NCBI GenBank assembly: GCA_963736855.1
Contig: CAVTQK010000008.1
Span: 1 to 64,000 of the forward strand
Direction: 5' to 3'
Length of the DNA: 64,000 nt
DNA from: an uncultured delta proteobacterium
GTDB lineage: Bacteria > Desulfobacterota > Desulfobacteria > Desulfobacterales > UBA2156
Below the pieces are notes generated by a model. It worked only from the letters and a program-made list of their open reading frames with translations, was not told where the DNA came from and ran no database searches. This document shows positions 8,773 through 18,709 of this stretch, piece by piece. The translations under genes were made by a program, and so were the position numbers. Position 1 is the first letter of the stretch. Each line of letters opens with the position of its first letter.

Positions 8773-9881
8773 TGGATACCTACGAGGGGTTTTCGGAGCA
8801 CAGTCGGCATCGAATAAAGGAAAAAATCGAACTGCTGAGGGAGCAACAGACGGCCCGCGCAGTCCAGGAGATCATCGAGTTCGACAAGACTCCGACAGAG
8901 CTCAAGGCGGCGATGGACGATTTCATCATCGGCCAGGAAAGGGGGAAGAAGATCATCTCCACCGCCATTGCCTTTCACTACAAAAGGCTTGGCACGGCCC
9001 TGAAAGAATCGCTGGCCGAAAACGAAGGCGATGTCGACCTCGCCTTACGCAAGACCAGGACCCCCCGGGCCAATATCCTGATGATCGGTCCCAGCGGGTG
9101 CGGCAAGACTTACACCAGCGCAACCACTTCCCGGCTGGCCGGGGTGCCTTTCGTTCACGAGGACATGACCCGGTTCAGCGAAGTCGGTTATGTGGGACAA
9201 GATACCGCCGATATCCTGATCGATCTCCTAATGGCTGCCGGAGGAAACTCGCAGGTGGCCCAGATGGGGATCGTCTATTTGGATGAGATCGACAAGATCG
9301 CCACCGAGAGTGTGGCCTACAAGGATGTGTCCGGCAGGGGCGTGCAAAAGGGCCTGCTGCACATGGTGGATGGTGCGCAAAACACGGTTCACATCGGCAA
9401 GGAGAGGATTTCGCTGTCAACCCGGCACGTGCTGTTTATTGCCGGAGGGGCCTTTGAAGACCTCGAGCCGTTGGTCAAAAAACGCATGGCCAGGCAGGGT
9501 TTCCAAGGCAACTGGCAGGAGCAGCTGCTGACCGACGATTTGGTCGCCTTCGGCATGGAGAGGCAGCTGATGGGACGATTCCCCGTGAAAGTGGTTTACG
9601 ATCAATTGACGGTCCAGGATCTCAAAGACATCATGACTCGAAGTGCTGACAGTGTGCTTTTGGCTTATACCAACGACCTCAGGGCGTGGCAGATCGATTT
9701 GGAATTTACCGACGGGGCACTGACCGAGATCGCCCGGCGTGCCGAACGGGAAGGCACTGGGGCCCGAGGCCTGGTCAGCGTCATCCACCGGGTGTTGCTG
9801 GAAGACCTGTACCGACTTCCCGGCAATCACACGGGTCGGTTTGTGGTGGATGTCGATGAGGTAAGGGACAGACTGGGATGA
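8769..9881 (+). CDS. ClpX-like AAA+ unfoldase lacking the N-terminal zinc finger
   Basis: IIGQE; GPSGCGKT; GYVG pore loop; YLDEIDKI; DVSGRGVQ; LFIAGGAF; GARGL. Confidence 0.9.
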   Translation: MMDTYEGFSEHSRHRIKEKIELLREQQTARAVQEIIEFDKTPTELKAAMDDFIIGQERGKKIISTAIAFHYKRLGTALKESLAENEGDVDLALRKTRTPRANILMIGPSGCGKTYTSATTSRLAGVPFVHEDMTRFSEVGYVGQDTADILIDLLMAAGGNSQVAQMGIVYLDEIDKIATESVAYKDVSGRGVQKGLLHMVDGAQNTVHIGKERISLSTRHVLFIAGGAFEDLEPLVKKRMARQGFQGNWQEQLLTDDLVAFGMERQLMGRFPVKVVYDQLTVQDLKDIMTRSADSVLLAYTNDLRAWQIDLEFTDGALTEIARRAEREGTGARGLVSVIHRVLLEDLYRLPGNHTGRFVVDVDEVRDRLG

Positions 9882-10678
9882 GATTCAAGAGTCTGGCTGC
9901 GCTCAAGCGATCGGATCTCACCGAGATCTCTCTGGGGACTTTGCCGCAAAGCATACCCATGGCGCACTACGCCAGAGCGAAGGCCTTCAAGCTCAATGAG
10001 CTGGTGCGCGCGGTTCACGAACAAAGCCTGGAATGGTACGGATTTACGTTGGGGACCCGAGGGGCCCCCGAACTGATTGCGGACATCGGCCTGCCGCGCA
10101 ACGATCTGAACCTCGAACACTACACCACCCTCAGCGGCGAACGGATCGCCGAATTCCAGGAATCGCTGCCCGCGGACGTGGTCATCAACGGGTGGATTCA
10201 CTCGCACGGGGCCCTGATGTACCAGCATTTTTCGCGGACCGACGAAGAGAACCACCGGGCCGTCCTGGATTTTGTCGCCGCCAGTTTGAGGAAACCGGTG
10301 GCAAAGAGGGAGATTGCGGTCAAGGATCTGGTGTTGTTGGTGAGAGGTCGATATACGGACGAGGATTTGACGGAGGGTAGCGTCAGTCTCATCACCGACG
10401 TTCCCGTTACTTCAGCCACCCTGATGGAAGCGGTCTACGGCAGCTTCTGCTATGCCGTCGTCATTGGCGACGAAGGTTGGCATCATCAACAGATTCTCCA
10501 CCAGGTGGATGGAGTGCTCTCCGGCTACCGCGCAAGGAACCAGAAAGAAGCGCGAATCATACCGGTGGATACGGGCCGGGTGTTGACTCGCCAGGAGATC
10601 AGCGCGCTCAGGGATGAGGTCGAGGCGAAGATTCGCCCCGACCCCAATCCGCCGCTGGAAACGATGGAACGGATGTAG
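9878..10678 (+). CDS. JAB/JAMM (MPN+) metalloprotease, candidate Ubl maturase/deconjugase
   Basis: EWYG ... WIHSHG-x-FSRTD = E..HxH..SxxD JAMM motif; ATGA overlap with the ATPase gene. Confidence 0.85.
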   Translation: MRFKSLAALKRSDLTEISLGTLPQSIPMAHYARAKAFKLNELVRAVHEQSLEWYGFTLGTRGAPELIADIGLPRNDLNLEHYTTLSGERIAEFQESLPADVVINGWIHSHGALMYQHFSRTDEENHRAVLDFVAASLRKPVAKREIAVKDLVLLVRGRYTDEDLTEGSVSLITDVPVTSATLMEAVYGSFCYAVVIGDEGWHHQQILHQVDGVLSGYRARNQKEARIIPVDTGRVLTRQEISALRDEVEAKIRPDPNPPLETMERM

Positions 10679-10739
10679 CCCGCAGCCCCTTGGACACCCG
10701 CCCACCTGCACAATCATCGATGTTAGCAACAAATAGGGC

Positions 10740-10768
10740 TTGACAGCGATTGGGGCCATTGATATATT
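10740..10768 (+). promoter_or_regulatory. sigma70-type promoter upstream of the DEAD-box helicase
   Basis: TTGACA-17 nt-TATATT. Confidence 0.65.
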
Positions 10769-10811
10769 AAGTTTTTTTAAGGTGCTTCCAGGAAAAACGT
10801 GAAATTATCGT

Positions 10812-10844
10812 GAGCCCCGGAATGGTTCCGGGGCTCTTTTTTTT
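10812..10844 (+). terminator. Intrinsic terminator hairpin in the helicase leader
   Basis: gagccccggaa-tgg-ttccggggctc followed by T8. Confidence 0.8.
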
Positions 10845-10877
10845 GAAACCATCTTTACTCAAAACAAGAAGGAATTT

Positions 10878-12152
10878 ATGAATTTTCAATCATTCAAACT
10901 TCATCCGGATATCGCAGCCGCGGTTGCTGCTGCGGGATTCATCGAGCCAACCCCGATTCAGAACAAAGCGATCCCGGCGGTGATGTCCGGGTACGACGTC
11001 ATGGGAATGGCCCAGACCGGCACCGGTAAAACAGCGGCCTTCGTGCTGCCGATCCTGCACCGTTTGATGCAGGGTCCCCGCGGTCGTATCCGTGCCCTGA
11101 TCATTGCCCCCACCCGCGAGTTGGCCGAACAGATTCACCAGGCCATCCAGACCCTGGGCCGACGGACCCGTCTGCGCAGCGCCACCTTCTACGGCGGTGT
11201 CGGCATCAATCCGCAGTTGTCGGTTCTGAAGCGGGGCGTTGACATCATTGTTGCCTGCCCCGGACGGCTCCTGGATCACATCGGCCGAAAATCGATGGAT
11301 CTTAGAGGACTGGAAGTCCTGGTGATCGACGAAGCGGACCTGATGTTCGACATGGGATTTCTACCGGACATCCGGCGCATATTGAATCATCTGCCACCGC
11401 AACGGCAGACTTTGCTCTTCTCGGCCACCATGCCCGCTGAAATACGACAGCTAGCCAGCGACACCTTGGACCGGCCGGTGGCCGTCCAGATCGGGACGCC
11501 GGCACCGGCCAAAACGGTCAGCCACGCCCTGTACCCGGTGGCATCCCACTTGAAGACGGCGCTGCTGCTGGAAATTCTGCCCGCCACCGGGGGCGGATCG
11601 GTGCTGGTCTTCACCCGCACCAAGCACCGCGCCAAGCATCTAGGTATGCAACTTACCCGGGCCGGCTATTGTGCCGCCTCGTTGCAGGGAAACCTTTCCC
11701 AGGGAAAGCGCCAGGAGGCGATGGAGGGGTTCCGAAGCGGCAAATTCCAGATTCTTGTGGCCACCGACATCGCCGCCCGCGGCATCGACGTCACGAGGGT
11801 CACCCACGTCATCAATTACGACGTCCCGTCCACCCCCGACGCATACATCCATCGCATCGGCCGGACCGGTCGCGCCGAAAACAGCGGTGATGCCTTTACC
11901 TTAATCACCGACGTGGACGCGCCCATGGTGCGTGCTATCGATAAGGTGCTCGGCTCCAGAGTCGAGCGCCGCAAGCTGACCGGCTTCGACTACGGTGCGC
12001 CCGAGCCCCGCAAACCCGGCGGCTCCGGCCTCAAGCACAGAACCCCGGCACGCGGGACCAGGCCGGCGCCCGTCCAAGCCGAGGTCGCAGACGCAAGGCG
12101 GCTACCGGCAGGGCAATGGCGCCGCATAGGGTATCGGTCTAAAAGGTCGTGA
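10878..12152 (+). CDS. rhlE: DEAD-box RNA helicase (RhlE-like)
   Basis: Q motif, AQTGTGKT, PTRELA, DEAD, SAT, ARGID, HRIGRTGR. Confidence 0.9.
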   Translation: MNFQSFKLHPDIAAAVAAAGFIEPTPIQNKAIPAVMSGYDVMGMAQTGTGKTAAFVLPILHRLMQGPRGRIRALIIAPTRELAEQIHQAIQTLGRRTRLRSATFYGGVGINPQLSVLKRGVDIIVACPGRLLDHIGRKSMDLRGLEVLVIDEADLMFDMGFLPDIRRILNHLPPQRQTLLFSATMPAEIRQLASDTLDRPVAVQIGTPAPAKTVSHALYPVASHLKTALLLEILPATGGGSVLVFTRTKHRAKHLGMQLTRAGYCAASLQGNLSQGKRQEAMEGFRSGKFQILVATDIAARGIDVTRVTHVINYDVPSTPDAYIHRIGRTGRAENSGDAFTLITDVDAPMVRAIDKVLGSRVERRKLTGFDYGAPEPRKPGGSGLKHRTPARGTRPAPVQAEVADARRLPAGQWRRIGYRSKRS

Positions 12153-12238
12153 AGCGCCTGATACAATAGATTTACTCAGGAAAGATTCGGCAGGTGACGA
12201 TTCTCAGCCGGCAAACTCTGTTGCTTCATGCAGCGAGG

Positions 12239-15200
12239 TCATTTCAAAACCACCCTTTGCTGTAAGTCAAAAAGCTGATTCCCCTTTTTGGATAGATCTT
12301 CATCCAGGGCATGAAGGGCGGGAAGGTTGGCCAGGTCGCTGTTTCCAACAAATGGGCGTGTTTGAAATAGGTATAGCTTGCCGTCCACAAAACCAAATTC
12401 GATATCCCAGGGAAGGGGTCGCCCGTCAGAACTTTTTTCCGGTGTAAAGACCGCCTTGATTTTATCTGCAGCGTTCACAAGCCCGTTAAGCTCCTGCTGA
12501 GTAAGAACACTCTCTGAGCCGGTTGATGCCACCAGGCGCGATCCACTCTGACCCTCTTCAGTCAATATCCGCCGGGTTGACGATTTGTACTGAGCCAGCA
12601 ATATCGATTCGCCCGGCTTATAAAGAATAGTTTCCGCAGACGAGCCATCAACCGTCCCGCCGACACCCTCAGAAGTCGCTATGGTCATGAAACTCGGATC
12701 GTCGGATTCCACATCTGCGGTAATCAAAACACCGGATTTTTCTGAGGGGATGGCTTTCATCACAATGATTGAGGGGAAAACCAGGTTTGGGTCGCTGATA
12801 ACGGCCTGTCGCCACGAAAAGGAACGATAAGTAAATGGTGAAGCCCATACTCTTCTTATTCCTTCCAATACCTCGTTAAAGGTCATCAAATTAAATATCG
12901 TCAGATTCAGGCCGGCGCCATTGAAATTCGGCAAGTCCTCGACATTGGTATCCGATCGAACGAAAACACCTTGAAGGCTACCCCTGCTGCTGTCAAGGAA
13001 AAGGCCCTGAGAATTCAGTTCTTTTTTAAGTGAGTCTACAAATTGCGGTTCCAATTCTATATTCATGATGGAATGCCGGATGATAGCAAGCCTCAATTTT
13101 ATCCAGCCGGCAAGATCATCTGAAGAGATTTTAGGGTTTTTCGGCAATCGGTTAAAAAAAGTGTCATAAGCCTCAGCTGTAAAATCCGAAAGTAAACCTC
13201 CTTCTTTAACAATTCCCGAGGATTTGAGCTCGTTGGGCAATACCACCCTGGCCTTTTTAAAATGACGATAGTATATGCCAAATGGAACCACTACCCCAGG
13301 AGCCACATGATCCGGAAAAAAGTGCTTCAATTCGCCGAGATAAGCCGCTTTCGGTCCGCAGGTAACTCCGGAATCTTTGCGCCTCACCTGATCCAGGGGC
13401 ACTACGCTGTTATGCTCAAGATTCAGACGCTTTGCGTCTATTTCAAATTTTGTTTGGTGTGCACCGGCGTCCCCATCCGCTGTTCGCTTCATGTTCATTT
13501 GGTATTCAGCCAAAATGAGTTTATCCGACCGATCCATCTGGTCGGCTTCTTTCAAGATGATGCGGCCCTTGGGGGTGACAGCGTAGAAAAGTTCCTTTCC
13601 CTTTACAGATCCGAGTTTTTTGTATAGCTCTTCATGAAAGACCGCATTCGGTACCCCCAACGACCTGGCAAGCAGTTGGATGTGCGAAACCGCGTTGCCT
13701 TCGTCTTTGGTGATGATGCCGGCTACAGGCTCCAATTCGGCATTGGTTGTCTCGATAGCCAAGATGTTGTCTCGGGTGTGATGTCCCTGTGAGCTGAAGA
13801 AAACCAGCCGGCCTAAAGAGATTCCCGGATTCAATGCACGCAGCCCTATTGAATAGGGTTTACCCAAGATATTATGTTCCAATTTCATTTCGCTTAAGAC
13901 ATTATCCTGGAGCGACCTGATCACAGAAGCATAGTCGAGAAGTGGAGACGACCGGATGATGTCATCGGCAATGGGTTTAACCTCGGGAAAGAGGAAGACC
14001 CAGGGTTCCCATACGTCGTAAAAAGCGGTTTGAATCGAGGCCTGGCTCCATTCAACAAGCCGACCGAGCTTCTTTAAGGCTGCATGCATTTCTGCAATGG
14101 TTAAATGGTCCTGAACCAGTAATTTATCAATGGTTGCGCAAACACTTTCCTGTTCGCGGCTGGAGATGAGTCCGGCACCATAAATTCCACCTGACAAGTC
14201 CCTCGCTATCTGCAGCAGATTCTTAACCGTCCAGGTGCTCTTCTGGCTTATGAGCTCTCCGGCCTTCAAATGAAGAAGCAGGTTGACAGAAATGTTCAGG
14301 TTCACCAATTCGATCGCTTCCTCTGGCAGTATTTTCTTTTTTGCGACTACCTGGCGGGATGTAACCAACAAATTCGAAAGGCTGTTAAGCATTGCCAACG
14401 GTGATTTGCTGGTTGTCTTTAAAACGGCATGGAGCTGCCTTTTCACCCCTGTATCGGTGATTTTAGACAAGTATTCTCTCAGATTCTCTTGATTCACATG
14501 AGTCAGTTTTCTAAGGGCCGTAATCAACTGCCCGTATCTTGAGTCATTCCTGGCAACTTTAGGGTTCTCAGCCAGATAATCCTCAATCATCCGGACCAAT
14601 CCCGGCGACATCTGATTGTGGACCAATTCCTTTAACGGTTTAAAGTCTGGATTGTCACGGTAAATTGCAGAGGTGAGATTCCTGATGGTAGTGATAGAAC
14701 CAAGGTCGTTTCGCAAAAAGAATCGCCTCTGTAATTCGTACTGGAGCAGATTATTTTGAAAGTCAGACCAGTCCGGCAAGCTATAATATCTGACAAAATA
14801 CCTCGGAGCGTATTTAACTTCGAACTCTGCTCCGGAAATGCCGCCATAAGCCCTCGAAATGGCAACCTTTGATTTGGGATGATTTTCAATATAGTACTTT
14901 TCTAAAATGAATCCTTTTGTAATGCGATGATGATCGTCTGCCTTATCCCAGAGAAAAACTTCATTGGAAAAGATGTTGGCAATATAAAGGCCGTGTTTAG
15001 CAAGAACATTCGCTATATCATTTCGGTAGGCGGAACAGAAGAGTTGTCCCACGCCTTCAAGTTCTGCGCAGGGGTTGTATATGACGCGCATGTTGTTGTC
15101 GGCAACCGGAGCGAGTTTTCCGTTGACGCATGTGCAATAGTTGATCGTGAAGGGCCCCTTCTCCTCCTTCAGGATGAGTTCATACGTTTCACGCAACTCG

Positions 15201-15292
15201 CTTTTGGCCTGAACAGTCAATTCCGCAGGTGACGAAACTACCGATCCGACCATCGTCCCGAAAATAAAGATGAACGCAAGTAATCTTTTCAT
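12239..15292 (-). CDS. Exported PEP/pyruvate-dikinase-family protein (N-terminal unknown region, phospho-His domain, ATP-grasp)
   Basis: Signal peptide MKRLLAFIFIFG..; EGNAVSHIQLLARSLGVP; GPKAAYLG; VRSDTNVED..GAG; DIEFGF..LFQTRP. Confidence 0.8.
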   Translation of the reverse strand: MKRLLAFIFIFGTMVGSVVSSPAELTVQAKSELRETYELILKEEKGPFTINYCTCVNGKLAPVADNNMRVIYNPCAELEGVGQLFCSAYRNDIANVLAKHGLYIANIFSNEVFLWDKADDHHRITKGFILEKYYIENHPKSKVAISRAYGGISGAEFEVKYAPRYFVRYYSLPDWSDFQNNLLQYELQRRFFLRNDLGSITTIRNLTSAIYRDNPDFKPLKELVHNQMSPGLVRMIEDYLAENPKVARNDSRYGQLITALRKLTHVNQENLREYLSKITDTGVKRQLHAVLKTTSKSPLAMLNSLSNLLVTSRQVVAKKKILPEEAIELVNLNISVNLLLHLKAGELISQKSTWTVKNLLQIARDLSGGIYGAGLISSREQESVCATIDKLLVQDHLTIAEMHAALKKLGRLVEWSQASIQTAFYDVWEPWVFLFPEVKPIADDIIRSSPLLDYASVIRSLQDNVLSEMKLEHNILGKPYSIGLRALNPGISLGRLVFFSSQGHHTRDNILAIETTNAELEPVAGIITKDEGNAVSHIQLLARSLGVPNAVFHEELYKKLGSVKGKELFYAVTPKGRIILKEADQMDRSDKLILAEYQMNMKRTADGDAGAHQTKFEIDAKRLNLEHNSVVPLDQVRRKDSGVTCGPKAAYLGELKHFFPDHVAPGVVVPFGIYYRHFKKARVVLPNELKSSGIVKEGGLLSDFTAEAYDTFFNRLPKNPKISSDDLAGWIKLRLAIIRHSIMNIELEPQFVDSLKKELNSQGLFLDSSRGSLQGVFVRSDTNVEDLPNFNGAGLNLTIFNLMTFNEVLEGIRRVWASPFTYRSFSWRQAVISDPNLVFPSIIVMKAIPSEKSGVLITADVESDDPSFMTIATSEGVGGTVDGSSAETILYKPGESILLAQYKSSTRRILTEEGQSGSRLVASTGSESVLTQQELNGLVNAADKIKAVFTPEKSSDGRPLPWDIEFGFVDGKLYLFQTRPFVGNSDLANLPALHALDEDLSKKGNQLFDLQQRVVLK

Positions 15293-15310
15293 AATAAATC
15301 CATGGGTCTG

Positions 15311-16945
15311 CTAATTTTCAAGAAAGAGCAGGTTTCGATCAACCCGGTATCCGTATCCGACCCTTCGTAGCTCCCGGTTGAAGTTTATTCCCTTTTCGGA
15401 ATAAGTATCTACACCATTAATCACATAGAATTGGAGTTTTTCTGGCTCATAGGGAGCCTCATGCATATCAATATTTTCATATAGTTTTCCTTGAACGGCT
15501 TTTCTTTTGACAAACTTACCATCATAGGCTTGCTTGACGGTTACCTGTCCGACCGGCCCAAAATTGATTTCATCGCCATACAACCAGGCATAGAAGTCTT
15601 TTCGATTGTTCTGGCACCAGATTTGGTTCGCCACCCTGGCGTTGGTATGCCTGAATGCGATATAGTATTGAACACCCATCACCTGCTTTTTGTCATCCCC
15701 TTTCAAGTCAAAAACATCGTAACAGTGAGAACGATTTATGAAGAACTTGGTCCCTTTTAAAGCATCGGAATTTGATGGGAGCATCTCTCTGAGTTCTGTC
15801 AAATGTCCCGAACACAGCCGCGTACACCCATGAGAAACCGGGCCTCGACTGGTGATGGCGACTCTTGAAAAAGGCTTTCCGGTGCGGCTTCCATCTCGCA
15901 TATTGCGCCAGGACTTTGGCAGCAAAGCATGGCCGCCGATCCAGCAACTGATTCCTGTATTATGAATAGCGTTGTACAGGGCCTCTCCGGCGTACTGATA
16001 AGGCAGCATGGGCATAATGCCGTAGTATCCCTCGGAGGATATATAATCCACCATACCCAGAAATCCCCGGCCGTGATTGCGCGGGATCAACCACCAAACT
16101 CCAGTAATGATAAAATCAGGAATGGAATGCCCCTTGTAAGTGGTAATACTGTCATATGTTCCGGCGGGATAAATGGAAGAGAACTCATAATAGTCCATCT
16201 TGCCGTTGACAATAGGATATATTCCGTTGGTGATGCTTCGGAAAAACTGCTCCGCTTTATTCCTGAATGTTTTTGGATCCCCCAAGCGGGCGAGATCCCA
16301 CAGTTCGGAAAAAACGGCATCTTGATCAGAAGTTAGTTCATAGAGAACGATACGGTGCGGATAAAATTCATTTATGATATCAAGCTTGTCTTCTAATCTT
16401 GTCGGTTTTTCACTATTCTTCAGTCGACCCGCAAAATTATCAACCATTTTGTCGAAATCTTTTTGAATATGATAAAGCCTGCCGGTATTGAGTTGGTCAA
16501 TATACTTCAAGTTCAATTCCCGCCATTCGTTACGACTCAAACTGCTCCGCCGGTTCGCCAGTTCATGAAGTTTGAGAGCCAATACGCTTGAATGGAAATT
16601 TTCCCAGGCTTCGTTGGTCGTCAGTTTGATAATCTTTTTATCGATCAGTTCCTGGTACAAATTGTGCCGCGCCACCTGGTCGGGGATGTAATTTACGATG
16701 GCTTCTTCCGGGAGAACCATCGTCGCCCTCAACTGATTGCCACGCCCAAGATGAATTTTGATGTGCGAGGCTTCCTGTACGCGGGGAACAAATCCAGTGT
16801 AAAAGTTGGGCTCGTAGTTGTTAAAAAAGACTCCGTAGGGTGTTTCATCCGTCCATCGTTCCTTGCTAAGAGCTGAGGAATCAGCAGCAAACATAAACAG
16901 AATCAGAATCAGCAAAAGACCTGAAAGCAGGTTTCGTTCTTTCAT
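15311..16945 (-). CDS. Exported protein with an L,D-transpeptidase-like catalytic motif
   Basis: Signal peptide; AIH...SHGCTRL motif. Confidence 0.55.
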   Translation of the reverse strand: MKERNLLSGLLLILILFMFAADSSALSKERWTDETPYGVFFNNYEPNFYTGFVPRVQEASHIKIHLGRGNQLRATMVLPEEAIVNYIPDQVARHNLYQELIDKKIIKLTTNEAWENFHSSVLALKLHELANRRSSLSRNEWRELNLKYIDQLNTGRLYHIQKDFDKMVDNFAGRLKNSEKPTRLEDKLDIINEFYPHRIVLYELTSDQDAVFSELWDLARLGDPKTFRNKAEQFFRSITNGIYPIVNGKMDYYEFSSIYPAGTYDSITTYKGHSIPDFIITGVWWLIPRNHGRGFLGMVDYISSEGYYGIMPMLPYQYAGEALYNAIHNTGISCWIGGHALLPKSWRNMRDGSRTGKPFSRVAITSRGPVSHGCTRLCSGHLTELREMLPSNSDALKGTKFFINRSHCYDVFDLKGDDKKQVMGVQYYIAFRHTNARVANQIWCQNNRKDFYAWLYGDEINFGPVGQVTVKQAYDGKFVKRKAVQGKLYENIDMHEAPYEPEKLQFYVINGVDTYSEKGINFNRELRRVGYGYRVDRNLLFLEN

Positions 16946-16962
16946 TGCATCCTACCCCGTTG

Positions 16963-17127
16963 AATATTGATGGCTTCGTAAAAAGTCCAATTTCGGCGTT
17001 GCGCTTCATCCCGTTGCGATTTCGACGTACGATAAGTACGCCTCATCACACGGGATTCGCGACGCCTTGAACTTGAACTTTTTACCTTGCCATCTGATTT
17101 TCGACTTTTTACGAGTTCGTCAATATT
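16963..17127. repeat. MITE-like palindromic repeat, copy 1
   Basis: Terminal inverted repeats aatattgatggcttcgtaaaaagtc / gactttttacgagttcgtcaatatt; related copy at 20101. Confidence 0.8.
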
Positions 17128-17325
17128 GATTGACCACACATTTTCTGTTAAAGAATTGTTTCAATATAACAGAAAAATTTTTCCGACAAGCGCTATTGAT
17201 TTCTAAATGATATTGATTAAATTAAGCCTTAACTCTTTAAAATCAACTATTCGCTCTCTTTTACGCAGATCCCATAAGGTCGAAGGCAGTCTGTTTGCCG
17301 GAGGAAATGGGAGAGGACGTGTACT

Positions 17326-18633
17326 GTGATTGAGTCAAACGATGTGAAGGCAGAATGCCAAGCAAGGTACGTTGCCCTCCGGACGCTGGGAATGCGGTCA
17401 GGCTTCTTGTTCACCAATTTCTTTCTGATCATCATGGCCCTTTATTTGCTCAAGCCGGCGAGCCGATCGCTTTTCCTGGAAACGATGGGGGCTGACCAAT
17501 TACCTTACGCCTGGCTGGGTACGGCTTTGGGGATGATAGTATTGATTTCCTTCTATCACCGCCTGGTGGAACATCACAACCGATTTTTCATTGTCTTGGG
17601 GAGCTGTGTTCTATTTGCAACGCTGCTGATAGGATTTCGCGCCTTGATTTCCGTCCACAAAGCAGCCGCGGCAACGGGTTTTTTCATCTTTGTAGATATT
17701 ATTGGTGTTATTCTGGTTGAACAGTTCTGGAGCCTCACCAATTCGATCTATACGACAGGCCAGGGCAAGAACTGGTATGGATTCATCGGAACCGGTGGCC
17801 TGGTGGGCGGTGTTCTGGGAGGAGCTTTCGCCGCTTTGTTGATCAAGTATACCCCTCTCAAAACACCGGATCTGCTTCTTGTCGCTGCTGCCATTTTGTT
17901 CGGCATTGCCGGATTGACATCATTGATGGACCGTCTTGGCTTGTATTGCGAGGCTGAAATATTCTACCAACGTAGCCGAGCAACGGGCAGCGGGTGGCGC
18001 GTTATTGGGCACAACCGGTATCTCTTTTTGATCGCAACAATTCTGCTCCTGGCACAATTGGCATCTCCACTGGTGGAGTATCAGTTTCTTAAGACGGTTG
18101 AGACTTCGTATCCGATTCAAGAACCTCGAACCGCGTTTTTGTCCATGTTTTTTAGTATACTTGGGATAGTATCAATCGCCATCAATCTAGGTTTGACGCC
18201 TTTCATCCACAAAAAGTTGGGTGTAATCGCCGGCTTGCTGATGCAGCCTTTGGCAATGGGAATCTTCAGTTGGGTATTTTTGCTGAGCCCTACCCTTCTT
18301 ACGGGAGCGGCCACCAAGATCAGTGATCGCGGATTATCCTATTCCATAAATCGAGCGTCCAAAGAACTGCTCTATGTGCCAACGGATCCGATTTTGATCT
18401 ATCAGGCAAAAGCCTGGATTGATATGTTTGGCTACCGTATCTTCAAAGGGCTGGGTTCTGTGCTTGTGTTGCTGTTCACCAAATGGCCTCCGGTGGAAAT
18501 TGCAGTGGGTCAATTGAGTTGGATCACTTTGATAATATGCACTATTTGGATGGGTGCGATCGCTGTTTTGAGTCGCGATTACAAGTTAGTTCTGCAAAGG
18601 TCATCGTCTTATGTTTCTACGCCGGGCATGTAA
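17326..18633 (+). CDS. NTT/TLC-like (ATP:ADP antiporter family) MFS transporter
   Basis: YLLKPASRSLFL; QFWSL; YSINRASKELLYVP; AKAWID motifs; about 12 hydrophobic segments. Confidence 0.8.
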   Translation: MIESNDVKAECQARYVALRTLGMRSGFLFTNFFLIIMALYLLKPASRSLFLETMGADQLPYAWLGTALGMIVLISFYHRLVEHHNRFFIVLGSCVLFATLLIGFRALISVHKAAAATGFFIFVDIIGVILVEQFWSLTNSIYTTGQGKNWYGFIGTGGLVGGVLGGAFAALLIKYTPLKTPDLLLVAAAILFGIAGLTSLMDRLGLYCEAEIFYQRSRATGSGWRVIGHNRYLFLIATILLLAQLASPLVEYQFLKTVETSYPIQEPRTAFLSMFFSILGIVSIAINLGLTPFIHKKLGVIAGLLMQPLAMGIFSWVFLLSPTLLTGAATKISDRGLSYSINRASKELLYVPTDPILIYQAKAWIDMFGYRIFKGLGSVLVLLFTKWPPVEIAVGQLSWITLIICTIWMGAIAVLSRDYKLVLQRSSSYVSTPGM

Positions 18634-18709
18634 ATCCAATGATCACAGAGTTTGAATTCAGTCGAATATGCGATGTATGAGAGAATCCTATCCAGGTGTT
18701 GAGGATACA

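Noticed and set aside
8769..9881. Housekeeping clpX
   Set aside because: No zinc finger, no RKH loop, no tig/clpP context.
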